In this document: positions 36,167-45,258 of the stretch, piece by piece | How positions within the stretch are numbered: position 1 is the first letter of the stretch | Layout of the letters: every line of letters begins with the position of its first letter | From: a plasmid | Sequence record: NZ_CP118102.1 | Direction: 5' to 3' (one strand) | Length of the DNA: 64,000 nucleotides | The notes under the pieces: model-generated | Told to the model about the DNA's origin: nothing | Database searches by the model: none | The model's input: the letters and a program-made list of their open reading frames with translations, nothing else | Translations under genes and position numbers: made by a program

Positions 36167-36598
36167 TTACTCAAGTTGATTTTTCTCCTCGACACCTAGC
36201 GGTTCAAAAGCTTCTCTAAGCTTATGTGCCATTGTAGTGTTCCCATCGTAATAATAGACGAGTATTCTGCCCATACCATAAGATCCGTTTGGGGGGGCAG
36301 CAGAGGCTGTTGGAAATGGGTCGCGTTGTACTTCTCTCCTTTGTGCAACGTCTGCGAAAAGGTATATCGTTAAGTTCCCTTGTTCGAGTTGATATAAGTG
36401 AATCTCAGCGCCTTCTCTTTGAGAATCATATACATTTTGGCTTTCAATCCTTTCAACGTATTGAATACCAGCTTCATTAAGAACAGTCAACACGCCGTTT
36501 AAAGTCACTCCCGCAAACTGTTCCTGCGTACCTGATTTACTGCCACAAGCACATAAAATAAAAACTATAACAATGAAGATAAATAAAGTCTTGTTCAT
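36167..36598 (-). CDS. Probable lipoprotein, function unknown
   Basis: Signal peptide MNKTLFIFIVIVFILCAC with Cys. 143 aa. Confidence 0.5.
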   Translation of the reverse strand: MNKTLFIFIVIVFILCACGSKSGTQEQFAGVTLNGVLTVLNEAGIQYVERIESQNVYDSQREGAEIHLYQLEQGNLTIYLFADVAQRREVQRDPFPTASAAPPNGSYGMGRILVYYYDGNTTMAHKLREAFEPLGVEEKNQLE

Positions 36599-37018
36599 AC
36601 CCCTTCGCCTCCTTTTTAGTTAAGACGTAGAAAAAGTGTTAATGTTGCATTGCCCCATTAACTTGATATCTATTTCCCTTTTATAAACTATAATTTTTTT
36701 TTGCAGCTTTTTTGTAGTTAGAAATGCTACCTCTTTGTGTTTTAGCGTGTTCTACAAGTAAGTTCATTTTCTCGAATCCGGGGAGTCGTTTCCGCGCTCA
36801 TTAAACAACGAAAAGCTGTATTGGCTTCGCTAACATCGGCGTTAGGCGGGAAACTGCGGTTTGATTAGGCCCAAGCAGTAACAGAAAAACGAATTATTAA
36901 ATATAATTTTCTACAAATTACAACATGTTTTGGTATATATTTGGTATTTTTGATCTATATAGTATTTTTATGAATGACAATATAATTTAGAAGAAATATT
37001 ATGAATTGGAGGTACGAT

Positions 37019-37621
37019 ATGAAAAAGTATTTATTGGTACTAAGTGCATTTCTTTGTTTGCTTTTGGTTAGTCAAGAAGTGGGTGCTTATGATTTCTACG
37101 GGAGCGGTTACAAGAACACCAACGCAACAACCGGAAGACATGCCAACCCAGCGTTGAACGGAGTTGTATACAACGGAACTACATACAACTTCAACACACA
37201 TTATGTGAACGCTAGAAATCGATGGAATAATGCTACGGATGTAAACGTATCTTCTGGGACGACTGGTACTATTGCAATCAGGTCATTCCACGGCGATTAC
37301 GGGAATAATGACCTATTCGGATGGGCAAGAATGTACAAGAGTGACGGGACGACGGTACAATCGTGTGCAACATGCGAACCTACAGCTAACTGGGCCTATT
37401 CGGATGTTTATTTAAATCAATTTCATATCCACAATGATGGCGAAGGCGGCGATCCATGGTCACCTATGTATATCGATGGTCTAGCTACACATGAGTTTGG
37501 GCATGCATATGGCTTAGCACATGAGGATGACGTCGAGTCGGTAATGCATTCCGGAAATCTGTATGAAGGGTATTTAACGCCAAGGCCGGATGATATTAGC
37601 GGAATGAACGCTTTACATTAA
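37019..37621 (+). CDS. Secreted zinc metalloprotease, metzincin (snapalysin/M7-like)
   Basis: Signal peptide MKKYLLVLSAFLCLLLV. Zinc-binding motif HEFGHAYGLAHE (HExxHxxGxxH). ATG at 37019 after GGAGGT. Confidence 0.75.
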   Translation: MKKYLLVLSAFLCLLLVSQEVGAYDFYGSGYKNTNATTGRHANPALNGVVYNGTTYNFNTHYVNARNRWNNATDVNVSSGTTGTIAIRSFHGDYGNNDLFGWARMYKSDGTTVQSCATCEPTANWAYSDVYLNQFHIHNDGEGGDPWSPMYIDGLATHEFGHAYGLAHEDDVESVMHSGNLYEGYLTPRPDDISGMNALH

Positions 37622-37637
37622 ATTTTGGAGGTGCAAA

Positions 37638-38261
37638 ATGAAGAAGACTATTATTATATTACTGTCATGTATAGCTATGGCGGCATGTTCGAATGTAGAA
37701 AAGCCATTAAATACTGCAACTGCTACTAATACTGCAACATCAAATATTGCGACCACGCAAATTGTAGACCAAACAGCTGGCTCAACTGCAACAATTCGGC
37801 TATATGAATCTCTAGAAGAACTGACTAATAGTTCAGATGTAGTTGCAGAGATTATACCTGGAGATTCCAAGAAACTAATAGAATACGAAAATGCTAAGTT
37901 CACACTAATTGACGCAAAAATTAAAGATGTTTTCGTTGGAGATAATTCGCTAAAAAATTCAACAATAAAGGTGCTTGAATTGGGAGACTACCAAGTTGGT
38001 GATACGCAACTTGTAAAGAGCAAGGAACGTTATTTAATCTTCTTGAGGAAGTATCAGGGGTCCGTTACCTCTGAAGAAGCTTATGTACCGGTAGGGGTCT
38101 ATCAAGGGAAGTTAAAAATTAAAGATGATCAAACATTAGTTTTTGAAGGGGGAGGGGATATTCACGCAAAACAGAAAAAGATTTCCTTCCAACAGGAATT
38201 AGCATCCGTTGAATTAACTGAAGCAGTGGAGAAAATTAAAGCTAGTAAATCTAAAGAATAA
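37638..38261 (+). CDS. Lipoprotein, function unknown (possible partner of the adjacent metalloprotease)
   Basis: Lipobox LLSCIAMAAC. 207 aa. GGAGGTG RBS. Begins 17 nt after the protease stop. Confidence 0.55.
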   Translation: MKKTIIILLSCIAMAACSNVEKPLNTATATNTATSNIATTQIVDQTAGSTATIRLYESLEELTNSSDVVAEIIPGDSKKLIEYENAKFTLIDAKIKDVFVGDNSLKNSTIKVLELGDYQVGDTQLVKSKERYLIFLRKYQGSVTSEEAYVPVGVYQGKLKIKDDQTLVFEGGGDIHAKQKKISFQQELASVELTEAVEKIKASKSKE

Positions 38262-38269
38262 AGCTCAGG

Positions 38270-38650
38270 CCAGTCCGGAATTGAAAGAGAAGCTCGAGAG
38301 GCTGGCGGCGGAAAGCGGCCTAGAGACGCAAGAGGTGTTCATCGAGCAACTGGCAGCGATCTACGAGCTGCAACAGCTCAAATAAGGCAATGGCAGCGGC
38401 TACGCGAAGCAGATCGAGGAACTGGAGCATCATTCGCGCCGGAACGTGGAGCTTTTCATCGGTCTGATCAACACGGAGGCGGCTGCGCGTCTCCAGCAGA
38501 CGCAAGCGCATGATGACGTTCTCGCGGAACGGGCGCTGACGATCATCGCGCAGGAGCAAGAGCTGGCGGAGCAGCTGGAGGCCAACAAGCTTCTGCGTCT
38601 TATTACGTATGCCCAATTGTTCCATGACTTCTTTTACCGGTATACCGGCT
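38270..38650 (+). other. Roughly 380-bp island of high-GC DNA embedded in low-GC sequence
   Basis: The local composition switches to G/C-rich codons (gcggcggaaagcggcctagagacgcaagaggtg...). Open frames include ...KLERLAAESGLETQEVFIEQLAAIYELQQLK* and the track ORF 38446..38652. The fragment abuts an IS3 OrfA remnant. Confidence 0.6.
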
Positions 38651-38654
38651 AACC

Positions 38655-38757
38655 TCATCTCAATAGCTTTCATTTTGACTTCAACAGGATAACTAACTCT
38701 AGTTGCCAACGAAAAACACCTCCAAGATTGTCTCCATATCTTACGACATGGTTGCAT
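38655..38757 (-). pseudogene. N-terminal fragment of an IS3-family transposase OrfA (HTH)
   Basis: MKAIEMRLAGIPVKEVMEQLGIRNKTQKL matches the N-terminus of IS3/IS150 OrfA. The reading frame then runs into the high-GC fragment with no transposase-like sequence, as in track ORF 38320..38757. Confidence 0.55.
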
Positions 38758-39582
38758 TTTCTTGAAGGTGTTTTAATTTGTCTCACGTTATGGGGTCAGT
38801 AAAAAATATGAAGGAAGTCGGTTGTCATAATATATATTACGTAAACTATTTATTATACATTTAGTCAAAACTCGTATTTTGATCATATGTCTGGGACAAA
38901 AGAAAGAGCCATCCATACGGATGGCTCTCTTCTTCATATAGCGTTTCTTCTATTATATGTAAATTCTCTCCAATAGTCAATTTCACTTAACCCTTTTGAT
39001 AAATTTATTCTCGAAAGAAACAAATAACAATTCTTCTTTTTCTTGGTCATTCTTTTCTCTAATTGAACCTAAAGTTTTACGCAAACCGATTTTCCAAATC
39101 AGACAAATAATTAAGGTCTTTCATTGTCACACCTCAATTCCGACTAAAACCACTCGAATTTAAAACACCGCCCTCTTTGTAGGCGGCGATCTAATTCAGT
39201 AATTTCTCATGGTGTATTATTATGATACCCTTATCACAGTCATTAAATACATAGTATGGAATATAATTTGTCAAACGTTGGACTATTTTGTAGCTCTATA
39301 GAGAATATCTAATGGTTTGCGAGCTGCATCCACTGCTGTTGTTCTCCTTTAGTCAGCTTTTCCTCAAGTATTACCCCATTTTCATCAGTGCTCTTCAGCT
39401 TTAGTTGCATCAGCTGCTTGCTTAGTTCAATATATTCCTTTAATTCGTCTTCAATCAAAATATCTCCTTATTAAAACCCCTAGTATTTTATCGGTTGTCG
39501 TAAATTCTTTAGGAAGACATAAGATGATATTTGAGTTTATTTAGTTCTGTTACATAATCCCGAAGTTAGTTTGAATTAAAAT

Positions 39583-39660
39583 GGAGCAGCTACCAACCGG
39601 CAACTGCTCCATTCTGTTTTAAACTTACGTTTCCCGTTAGCTTAATCAATATCTGTAAAG
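39583..39660 (+). repeat. R1 repeat copy (terminator-like hairpin plus cccgttagcttaatc)
   Basis: GGAGCAGCTACCAACCGGCAACTGCTCCattctgttttaaacttacgtttCCCGTTAGCTTAATC. Confidence 0.8.
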
Positions 39661-39667
39661 TCCTTTA

Positions 39668-40213
39668 TCATTCTGTAATGTGCTTGAGCACCTTGGCCGG
39701 ATTACCCGCGACTATCGTGTTTGCTGGCACATCTTTCGTTACAATTGAACCAGCTGCCACAATGGAATTATCACCTATTGAAACACCTGGAAGAATTGCA
39801 CAGTGCCCTCCAATCCAAACATTATTTCCAATCGTTACAGGAATACCGTAACCAGATTTATTTCGGTCCTTTGGATTAACATTATGACCAGCCGTGTAAA
39901 TGCCGACATTAGGTGCTATCATGCAATCATCACCGATACGAACCTCTGCCATATCCAATATGGTGCAATTGTACCCTGCATAGAAGTAACGGCCAACATG
40001 AATGTTATAACCCAAATCACAGTGAAAATTATGATCGATACTAAAACCTTCACATACGCTGCCAAATAGTTCTCTAATCAATCGTTCTTTCTCTTGCTCA
40101 TCTTCCGGATCGCAGTCATTATAAGCCTTCACAAGCTTTTGGGCTCTTATGCTTTTTTCTCGAAGTTCCACCGTTCCTCGTTCGTAATAGACCTTTTCTT
40201 TATTTTCTTTCAT
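39668..40213 (-). CDS. Hexapeptide-repeat sugar O-acetyltransferase (maltose/galactoside acetyltransferase, Maa/LacA-like)
   Basis: Left-handed beta-helix repeats IGDDCMIAPNVGIYTAGH...IGNNVWIGGHCAILPGVSIGDNSIVAAGSIV and the N-terminal Mac domain. ATG at 40213 after GGAGGAAAACA. Confidence 0.8.
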   Translation of the reverse strand: MKENKEKVYYERGTVELREKSIRAQKLVKAYNDCDPEDEQEKERLIRELFGSVCEGFSIDHNFHCDLGYNIHVGRYFYAGYNCTILDMAEVRIGDDCMIAPNVGIYTAGHNVNPKDRNKSGYGIPVTIGNNVWIGGHCAILPGVSIGDNSIVAAGSIVTKDVPANTIVAGNPAKVLKHITE

Positions 40214-40254
40214 TGTTTTCCTCCAGGCAAAAACGGTTTTACTTATTATATACT

Positions 40255-40345
40255 AGCCAGCATCTACGTTGAAACTACCTGCCCGTTAGCTTAACGAAAA
40301 AGGAGCAACTGCCAACCGGCCAACTGCTCCATTGCTTTTTTGGTC
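40255..40345 (+). repeat. R1 repeat copy
   Basis: aactaCCTGCCCGTTAGCTTAACgaaaaaGGAGCAACTGCCAACCGGCCAACTGCTCCattgctttttt. Confidence 0.8.
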
Positions 40346-40375
40346 TTCAATTTACCCGTCACCTTAAACACTGAA

Positions 40376-40951
40376 TCATTTCATTGATATTGCTATCAAG
40401 ATCATTTCCTCTTTAGTTAAATCTCCGCTTTGGATTTCAATGAAAGTACCATCTTGTATCCATCGTAGGTATCCTCCTGATTTATGGTTAGCCCATTGTT
40501 CAAATCGCCCTTCTATTCCATTCATGTTAATTTTCTCTCCATGTCCATTAAACTTAAATTCCTCGACTATAGTTCTTGTTGTACTTGATTGGTTGCGAAG
40601 ATCGATGTTAGTGACAACCCGGTTCATTTTATATCCAACTGCCTTATGTTCTTCAATTCCAAACAGATATGTCTTTCCTGATTCATCAAAAAAATGAAGT
40701 CTAACTTTTGAGACTGATCGACTATGATCAAACGGATATGGTTCCTTAATTTCTAATTTATAGCTTTGAACGGAGGAAGACGGTGTAAAAAGTTTGAAAT
40801 CAGCAATAGTTTTTAACTTATACAATTCAAAATCCGAAAAAGTTAGCGTAGGTTTAGCTGATGCGATGAGTAAGTTATTGTTGATTCCAACAGAAATCCA
40901 ACAAATAAAAATCAATGAAATAATCCATCTAGACAAAAACATTCCCTCCAT
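40376..40951 (-). CDS. Hypothetical secreted/membrane-anchored protein
   Basis: 191 aa with an N-terminal hydrophobic segment. No motif recognised. Confidence 0.5.
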   Translation of the reverse strand: MEGMFLSRWIISLIFICWISVGINNNLLIASAKPTLTFSDFELYKLKTIADFKLFTPSSSVQSYKLEIKEPYPFDHSRSVSKVRLHFFDESGKTYLFGIEEHKAVGYKMNRVVTNIDLRNQSSTTRTIVEEFKFNGHGEKINMNGIEGRFEQWANHKSGGYLRWIQDGTFIEIQSGDLTKEEMILIAISMK

Positions 40952-40999
40952 ATTTTTTTGGGAATATTATGCCCTTGTTTAATTAAACTAACCTGCCCG

Positions 41000-42934
41000 T
41001 TACTAGAGTAAAGGGCTGGGTAAACCAGCCCCTCCTCATCAAACCGTACGTGAGGTTTTCCCTCATACGGCTTTCCGATGTTCGTCATTCATGTGCATAC
41101 AGATTACAAAAGCGTTTTGAGTCCACATTGACTCGCCATGTTCCTCACTTCTTGGACTGCACTTTGCCACCGAGAACGTTGTCTTTTCTTTGCATACCAC
41201 TTTGCCAAACGCAGCACAATGTACCAATCTAACTTCGCCATTTTTCGTTGGCTGTAGGACGTGTGGTAGTAATTGCGCCACCCCTGAATCTTCGGATTCA
41301 GCCAACCTATGTGCTCCGCGAGTGACTTGTGTCTTTGGCTGGACGGAGCTAAGCGCTCTTTTACCACTTCCCGGATGCGTTCCTCCGCTTTACTGCACAG
41401 CCACTGCTGCGTGGTGTAGTACACTCTTCCGGAGGATGTCTCAGCTTTCGTCTTGCGATGATGCATGCCTAGAAAATCAAACCCTTCTTCTCCTGTCCAT
41501 AATCCTACGATCCGCGTTTTCGTCGGATGCAAGGTCAGTTCCAGACGCTCCATAATCGCACGTATGAGTGCATACGCCCGATCTGCATCTTTCTTCGTTT
41601 TGCATACGACAACGAAGTCATCCGCGTAACGCGTAAGTTCCCCATTTTCACTGCCATGTCGTTCCCACAGAATATCAAAATAATTCAAATAGATATTCGC
41701 TAGCAGGGGGGATATCACACCACCTTGTGGTGTACCCAGATCGGATCGCCTGATCTTTCCTTCCTCCATCACTCCCGCGTTCAGCCACTTCCTTACCAGC
41801 TTCAGGACGCGCCTGTCGCTGATTCGCATCTCTACCAGTTTCATCAGTTTCTCTTGGTTGATGTTGTCGAAGTAACCTTGGATGTCGACGTCGACCACCC
41901 AATTTCCTTTTCGGTTGCAGGCTTTTCGGATTCGGTCCAGTGCCCCTTTCGCACTTCGTTTTGGACGGAACCCAAATGAGGATTCCTGAAAGTCCGCTTC
42001 AAAGATCGGTTCCATGACCAGTTTCGCTGCCATCTGGATGACGCGGTCTCGGACGGTTGGGATGCCCAGCGGTCTTTGCTTCCCGTCTTTCTTCGGAATG
42101 TAGTGCCGGCGGACGGGCTGTGGATGGTATTTGTTTTCCTTCAAGTGTCGTTGGCATTCGTACAGGAAAAACGCTTCTCCCTTTTCCTCAATATCCGAAA
42201 ATGTTTCTCCATCGACGCCAGCCGATCCTTTGTTAGCTCGTACTCTCCGCCAGGCTTCCTCTAATACATCCATTCGATAGACCTTGTCGTACAACGCGTG
42301 GAATCTGCGCTTTTTGTTTTCCTTGGCCGCATGACCTAGTTTCTTCTGGAGTTGTTGAACGTTTTCCTTTGGTGTCGTTAGCCGTTTGGCATTCACTAAT
42401 TCGTACCTCCTAAAAAAAAACATGAACAAAGCAGGGCTCCTTCCCTCCTGCAGGTTGTGTTGTCCTGCAGTTCCTCAGTACTACGAGCCCCTCGGACTCC
42501 CTTCCTGCAAGTAGATCATTTCATCTTTTGGACTTATAGACCACTTTGTTACGGTTTCAAAAAAAAAAAAAAAAAAATCCGTGCAGGGGAGGGTCTCCCC
42601 AGTTCACTGCATCTTCTTTCATATCATGCCGATCCCCTTACGCCGGAGGATTCTTCACTGCCGCTCCAAGTTCTTAGCAGTTTCCGTGGCCTTCACCCAT
42701 TAAGCCGGGGTTCGGCTTCCCCTTGTCCCTCTTGCGAGGCCTCTTTGACGACGCGGCAGGATTCACTTGATGTTACGGCCTGAAATATTGCTCGCTCTGT
42801 CTCCGACAGATACTTTTGTCGATACGCTTCTACGCACAGTTTTCACCGTACATAGGTATCCTAGCTACACAGGGGCTTGGCCCCTCCTGTGACTGGACTT
42901 TCACCAGCTAGAAGATGCGTGCTTAGCTGGGCAC
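41000..42934 (-). mobile_element. Group II intron (bacterial class C-like) inserted into an R1 repeat copy just downstream of its terminator-like hairpin
   Basis: Minus-strand 5-prime end GTGCCCAGC... at about 42934. Domain V, AGCCGTATGAGGGAAAACCTCACGTACGGTT, lies at about 41040-41075 on the minus strand. Domain VI follows and the 3-prime end is ...CTAGTAAC at about 41000. The R1 halves flank it: ctccatttttcgttaagcgc on the 5-prime side and acgggcaggttagttt on the 3-prime side. Confidence 0.8.
41104..42396 (-). CDS. Group II intron-encoded reverse transcriptase/maturase
   Basis: RT motifs include YADDFVV and a maturase-like C-terminus. GTG start at 42396 after AGGAGGT. The track ORF extends to 42429. 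Confidence 0.85.
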   Translation of the reverse strand: MNAKRLTTPKENVQQLQKKLGHAAKENKKRRFHALYDKVYRMDVLEEAWRRVRANKGSAGVDGETFSDIEEKGEAFFLYECQRHLKENKYHPQPVRRHYIPKKDGKQRPLGIPTVRDRVIQMAAKLVMEPIFEADFQESSFGFRPKRSAKGALDRIRKACNRKGNWVVDVDIQGYFDNINQEKLMKLVEMRISDRRVLKLVRKWLNAGVMEEGKIRRSDLGTPQGGVISPLLANIYLNYFDILWERHGSENGELTRYADDFVVVCKTKKDADRAYALIRAIMERLELTLHPTKTRIVGLWTGEEGFDFLGMHHRKTKAETSSGRVYYTTQQWLCSKAEERIREVVKERLAPSSQRHKSLAEHIGWLNPKIQGWRNYYHTSYSQRKMAKLDWYIVLRLAKWYAKKRQRSRWQSAVQEVRNMASQCGLKTLL

Positions 42935-43015
42935 GCGCTTAACGAAAAATGGAGCAGCTGCCAATCGGCAAACTGCTCCTTGTTTTTTTGGACTAACGTG
43001 TTTACCGTTAGTTCA
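42926..43015 (+). repeat. R1 repeat (5-prime-exon side of the intron insertion site)
   Basis: gcgcttaacgaaaaatGGAGCAGCTGCCAATCGGCAAACTGCTCCttgtttttttggactaacgtgtttaccgttagttcattaaac. Confidence 0.8.
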
Positions 43016-43058
43016 TTAAACGTACCATGTCTGTATAGTGATTAAATCACTTTCTTCA

Positions 43059-43961
43059 CTAATCAGTGATTAAAGGCTTTCTTTGGTTAAGCTGATCTTT
43101 ATTAAAGACTAACTCCCCACGTGTCCAAAATCCTTTTTGCACATATCCATCCCGATGAATTTTGGTCCCATAGCCATGTTCTAAATTATCTACCCAACCG
43201 CCTTCATAAACAGTACCATCATTCCATTTATATATTCCGTTTCCATCGTACAGCCCATCTTTCCATTCTCCACGATAAAAATCACCATTTGCGTATTCTT
43301 TAACACCAAAACCATATTCCTTATCATTAAACCATTGTCCTTCATATTTTGATCCATCTGACCAACGATACACCCCGGTTCCACATTTTAATCCGTTCAT
43401 CATTTGCCCGAGGTAAGTTTCACCTGATTCATATTCAATACATATTTGATTCTCCTTTACACTTTCCCATACTCCTTCAACCCTTTTGTTGTCGATATGA
43501 ATTACGGACTTTATCAAATTAGGTTTTGTCTCATGTTCAGATTGAGTAACTACTGTTCCTATTTGGGGTTCAAGCAACAAGGGGGGCGGTACAAATTGGT
43601 CGTTTACGAAGGTTTTGTAATACCAAGCTGTCAGATCGAAAATTTCTAAAATAAGTGTTCTCACTTTATTTTTTTCAATGAAAATAAAGCTTTCTCTAGT
43701 ATCCAAGTATTCTAACTTCTTCAGCGTTGTCACCATGGAAAAAGGTAAAATTTCAATTTCCATTAGTGCAGATAAATTAATAAAAGGCTCAGAATCATCA
43801 ATTTCTACATTCTCATTTAGTAGAATCTTTTTAACGATTAACCGTCCTATTTCTTTCAAATGATTTAAAGCTAAGATGTGGTCAAATTCTAATATATATT
43901 CAGCATGATATGCTAAAGAACAGACATCCGGCATTTCGTTTTCAAACACTTTAAAGCTCAT
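43059..43961 (-). CDS. MORN-repeat protein with unknown N-terminal domain
   Basis: At least five C-terminal MORN-like repeats (YEGQWFNDKEYGFGVKEY, YRGEWKDGLYDGNGIYKW, YEGGWVDNLEHGYGTKIH). The roughly 150-aa N-terminal domain has no motif. Confidence 0.65.
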   Translation of the reverse strand: MSFKVFENEMPDVCSLAYHAEYILEFDHILALNHLKEIGRLIVKKILLNENVEIDDSEPFINLSALMEIEILPFSMVTTLKKLEYLDTRESFIFIEKNKVRTLILEIFDLTAWYYKTFVNDQFVPPPLLLEPQIGTVVTQSEHETKPNLIKSVIHIDNKRVEGVWESVKENQICIEYESGETYLGQMMNGLKCGTGVYRWSDGSKYEGQWFNDKEYGFGVKEYANGDFYRGEWKDGLYDGNGIYKWNDGTVYEGGWVDNLEHGYGTKIHRDGYVQKGFWTRGELVFNKDQLNQRKPLITD

Positions 43962-44014
43962 TCTCCACCTCCATTTTTCCCGATACTATCCAAATAACTT
44001 CTACATATACTTTC

Positions 44015-44110
44015 AACTAACCTGCCCGTTAGCTTAACAAAAATGGAACAGCTGCCAACCGGCGAACTGCTCCATGCAGTTTTGATCTACCGTTTCCCGT
44101 TAGTTTAATC
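44015..44110 (+). repeat. R1 repeat copy (complete form with flanking direct repeats)
   Basis: aactaaCCTGCCCGTTAGCTTAACaaaaatGGAACAGCTGCCAACCGGCGAACTGCTCCatgcagttttgatctaccgtttCCCGTTAGTTTAATCC. Confidence 0.8.
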
Positions 44111-44415
44111 CTTAAGGGGCGACAGGTATAGGTTCTTTTCTACAGGTACTTTAAGAGGAGGCGAGGGGCGACAAACCCCATTTGGTACTTAAATATCCAG
44201 ATCAAAAAAATTGGTTCAGTATTCCTTTCTCTGCATTCGAAGAAGTATCCAGAGTTCCTACAAGCGATAATGTCTTTTTGGCTTGTTGTCCTTTCCTTCT
44301 TTTCATCCTGTTTAAAAAAATAATTTTTATAAAAAAATAAAACGCATGCAACATTTTGTCTCTGAAAGTTGTTTGTAAATTTTAGCCTATTTTATCCAAT
44401 ATAAAAAGGAAACTA

Positions 44416-44955
44416 CATGCCCAAGCTTTCTAAATTAAATTACTAACAACAGCTCTATTATCTTTTTCGGCTGCTACTCTCGTTTCTGGTGCAGTTTTCG
44501 CAGCAGATGAATATGTCACAAAACATACTCTCTCAAGCAGTTCTGTAGACAACAAAGAAATTAGATGGGATGGTTACACAAGGTATGAAACCGCATGGTC
44601 ATTTGCAGTTAAACTCTAAAAAGATCAGGGAAGAGTCAACGTAGCTAAAGATACTTTAGCCCAAATTGAAGACCTCACACTCTTCGATTTTCATTATCCG
44701 TCAGAAACTTTCACTGCCATTTGGGTTCCTAGAACAGGTGCTGACGAAATTCATTTCAATATTGATAACATGGAGAAACCCGGAAGAACAGATAATCACA
44801 ATAAGAAAACGGCATCTCACGAACTTGGCCACGCTTTAGGGGTTAGCGACCATTATGAAGACACGTACAGTACACAAATCATGTATGGGTTTGCTTCTAG
44901 TACAACAACACTTAAAACACACGAAATCAGCGATTACCGTTCTAAAAACCCTTAA
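44416..44955 (+). pseudogene. Disrupted second copy of a snapalysin-like metzincin protease
   Basis: The C-terminal ORF 44770..44955 keeps HELGHALGVSDH (HExxHxxGxxH). The upstream signal-peptide and pro-region reading frames (from atgcccaagc...) are broken by in-frame stops. Confidence 0.6.
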
Positions 44956-44972
44956 ACAAGGAGGAGAATGAT

Positions 44973-45149
44973 ATGATGAAGAAAGTCATTATTGCAGGTT
45001 CTGTACTGGCAGGCGTTCTATTCTGTACCTTTCTAGTTACTGAAATCATGCCAAAGCAGGAACCAGTGCATTTTAAGCTGCGACCTTTCTTCGTTACCTA
45101 CCGTTATGATCCGTCTCGTTTACAGCGCTCACTGAACCAAACCGAATGA
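44973..45149 (+). CDS. Hypothetical small membrane protein (about 58 aa)
   Basis: AAGGAGGAGAATGAT then ATGATG. MMKKVIIAGSVLAGVLFCTFLVTEIM.... Not in the ORF track because it is shorter than 60 aa. Coordinates are accurate to about 1-2 nt. Confidence 0.35.
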   Translation: MMKKVIIAGSVLAGVLFCTFLVTEIMPKQEPVHFKLRPFFVTYRYDPSRLQRSLNQTE

Positions 45150-45258
45150 ATTTATATCCTCAATAATCAGTCTAGCTTGCGGAGAAGATTATAATTCACA
45201 TTTCTATCAATGATGACTTAAAGTCATTGATGTTACAAGCTTTCACTTAGATATATTT

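Noticed and set aside
39305-39460. Roughly 50-codon minus-strand ORF with AAGGAGA-TTG start in the 900-bp AT-rich gap
   Set aside because: It is too short and featureless to support. It could be a small phage-like protein, but there is no corroborating evidence.
32462-44110. R1 repeats as integron attC sites (CALIN-like cassette array)
   Set aside because: R-box-like heptamers (GCTTAAC / GTTAAGC) are present and each repeat follows a single gene. But the repeats have a 28-bp near-perfect hairpin flanked by direct, not inverted, boxes. There are no L-box extrahelical bases. The only integrase in the window lacks the IntI-specific insertion.
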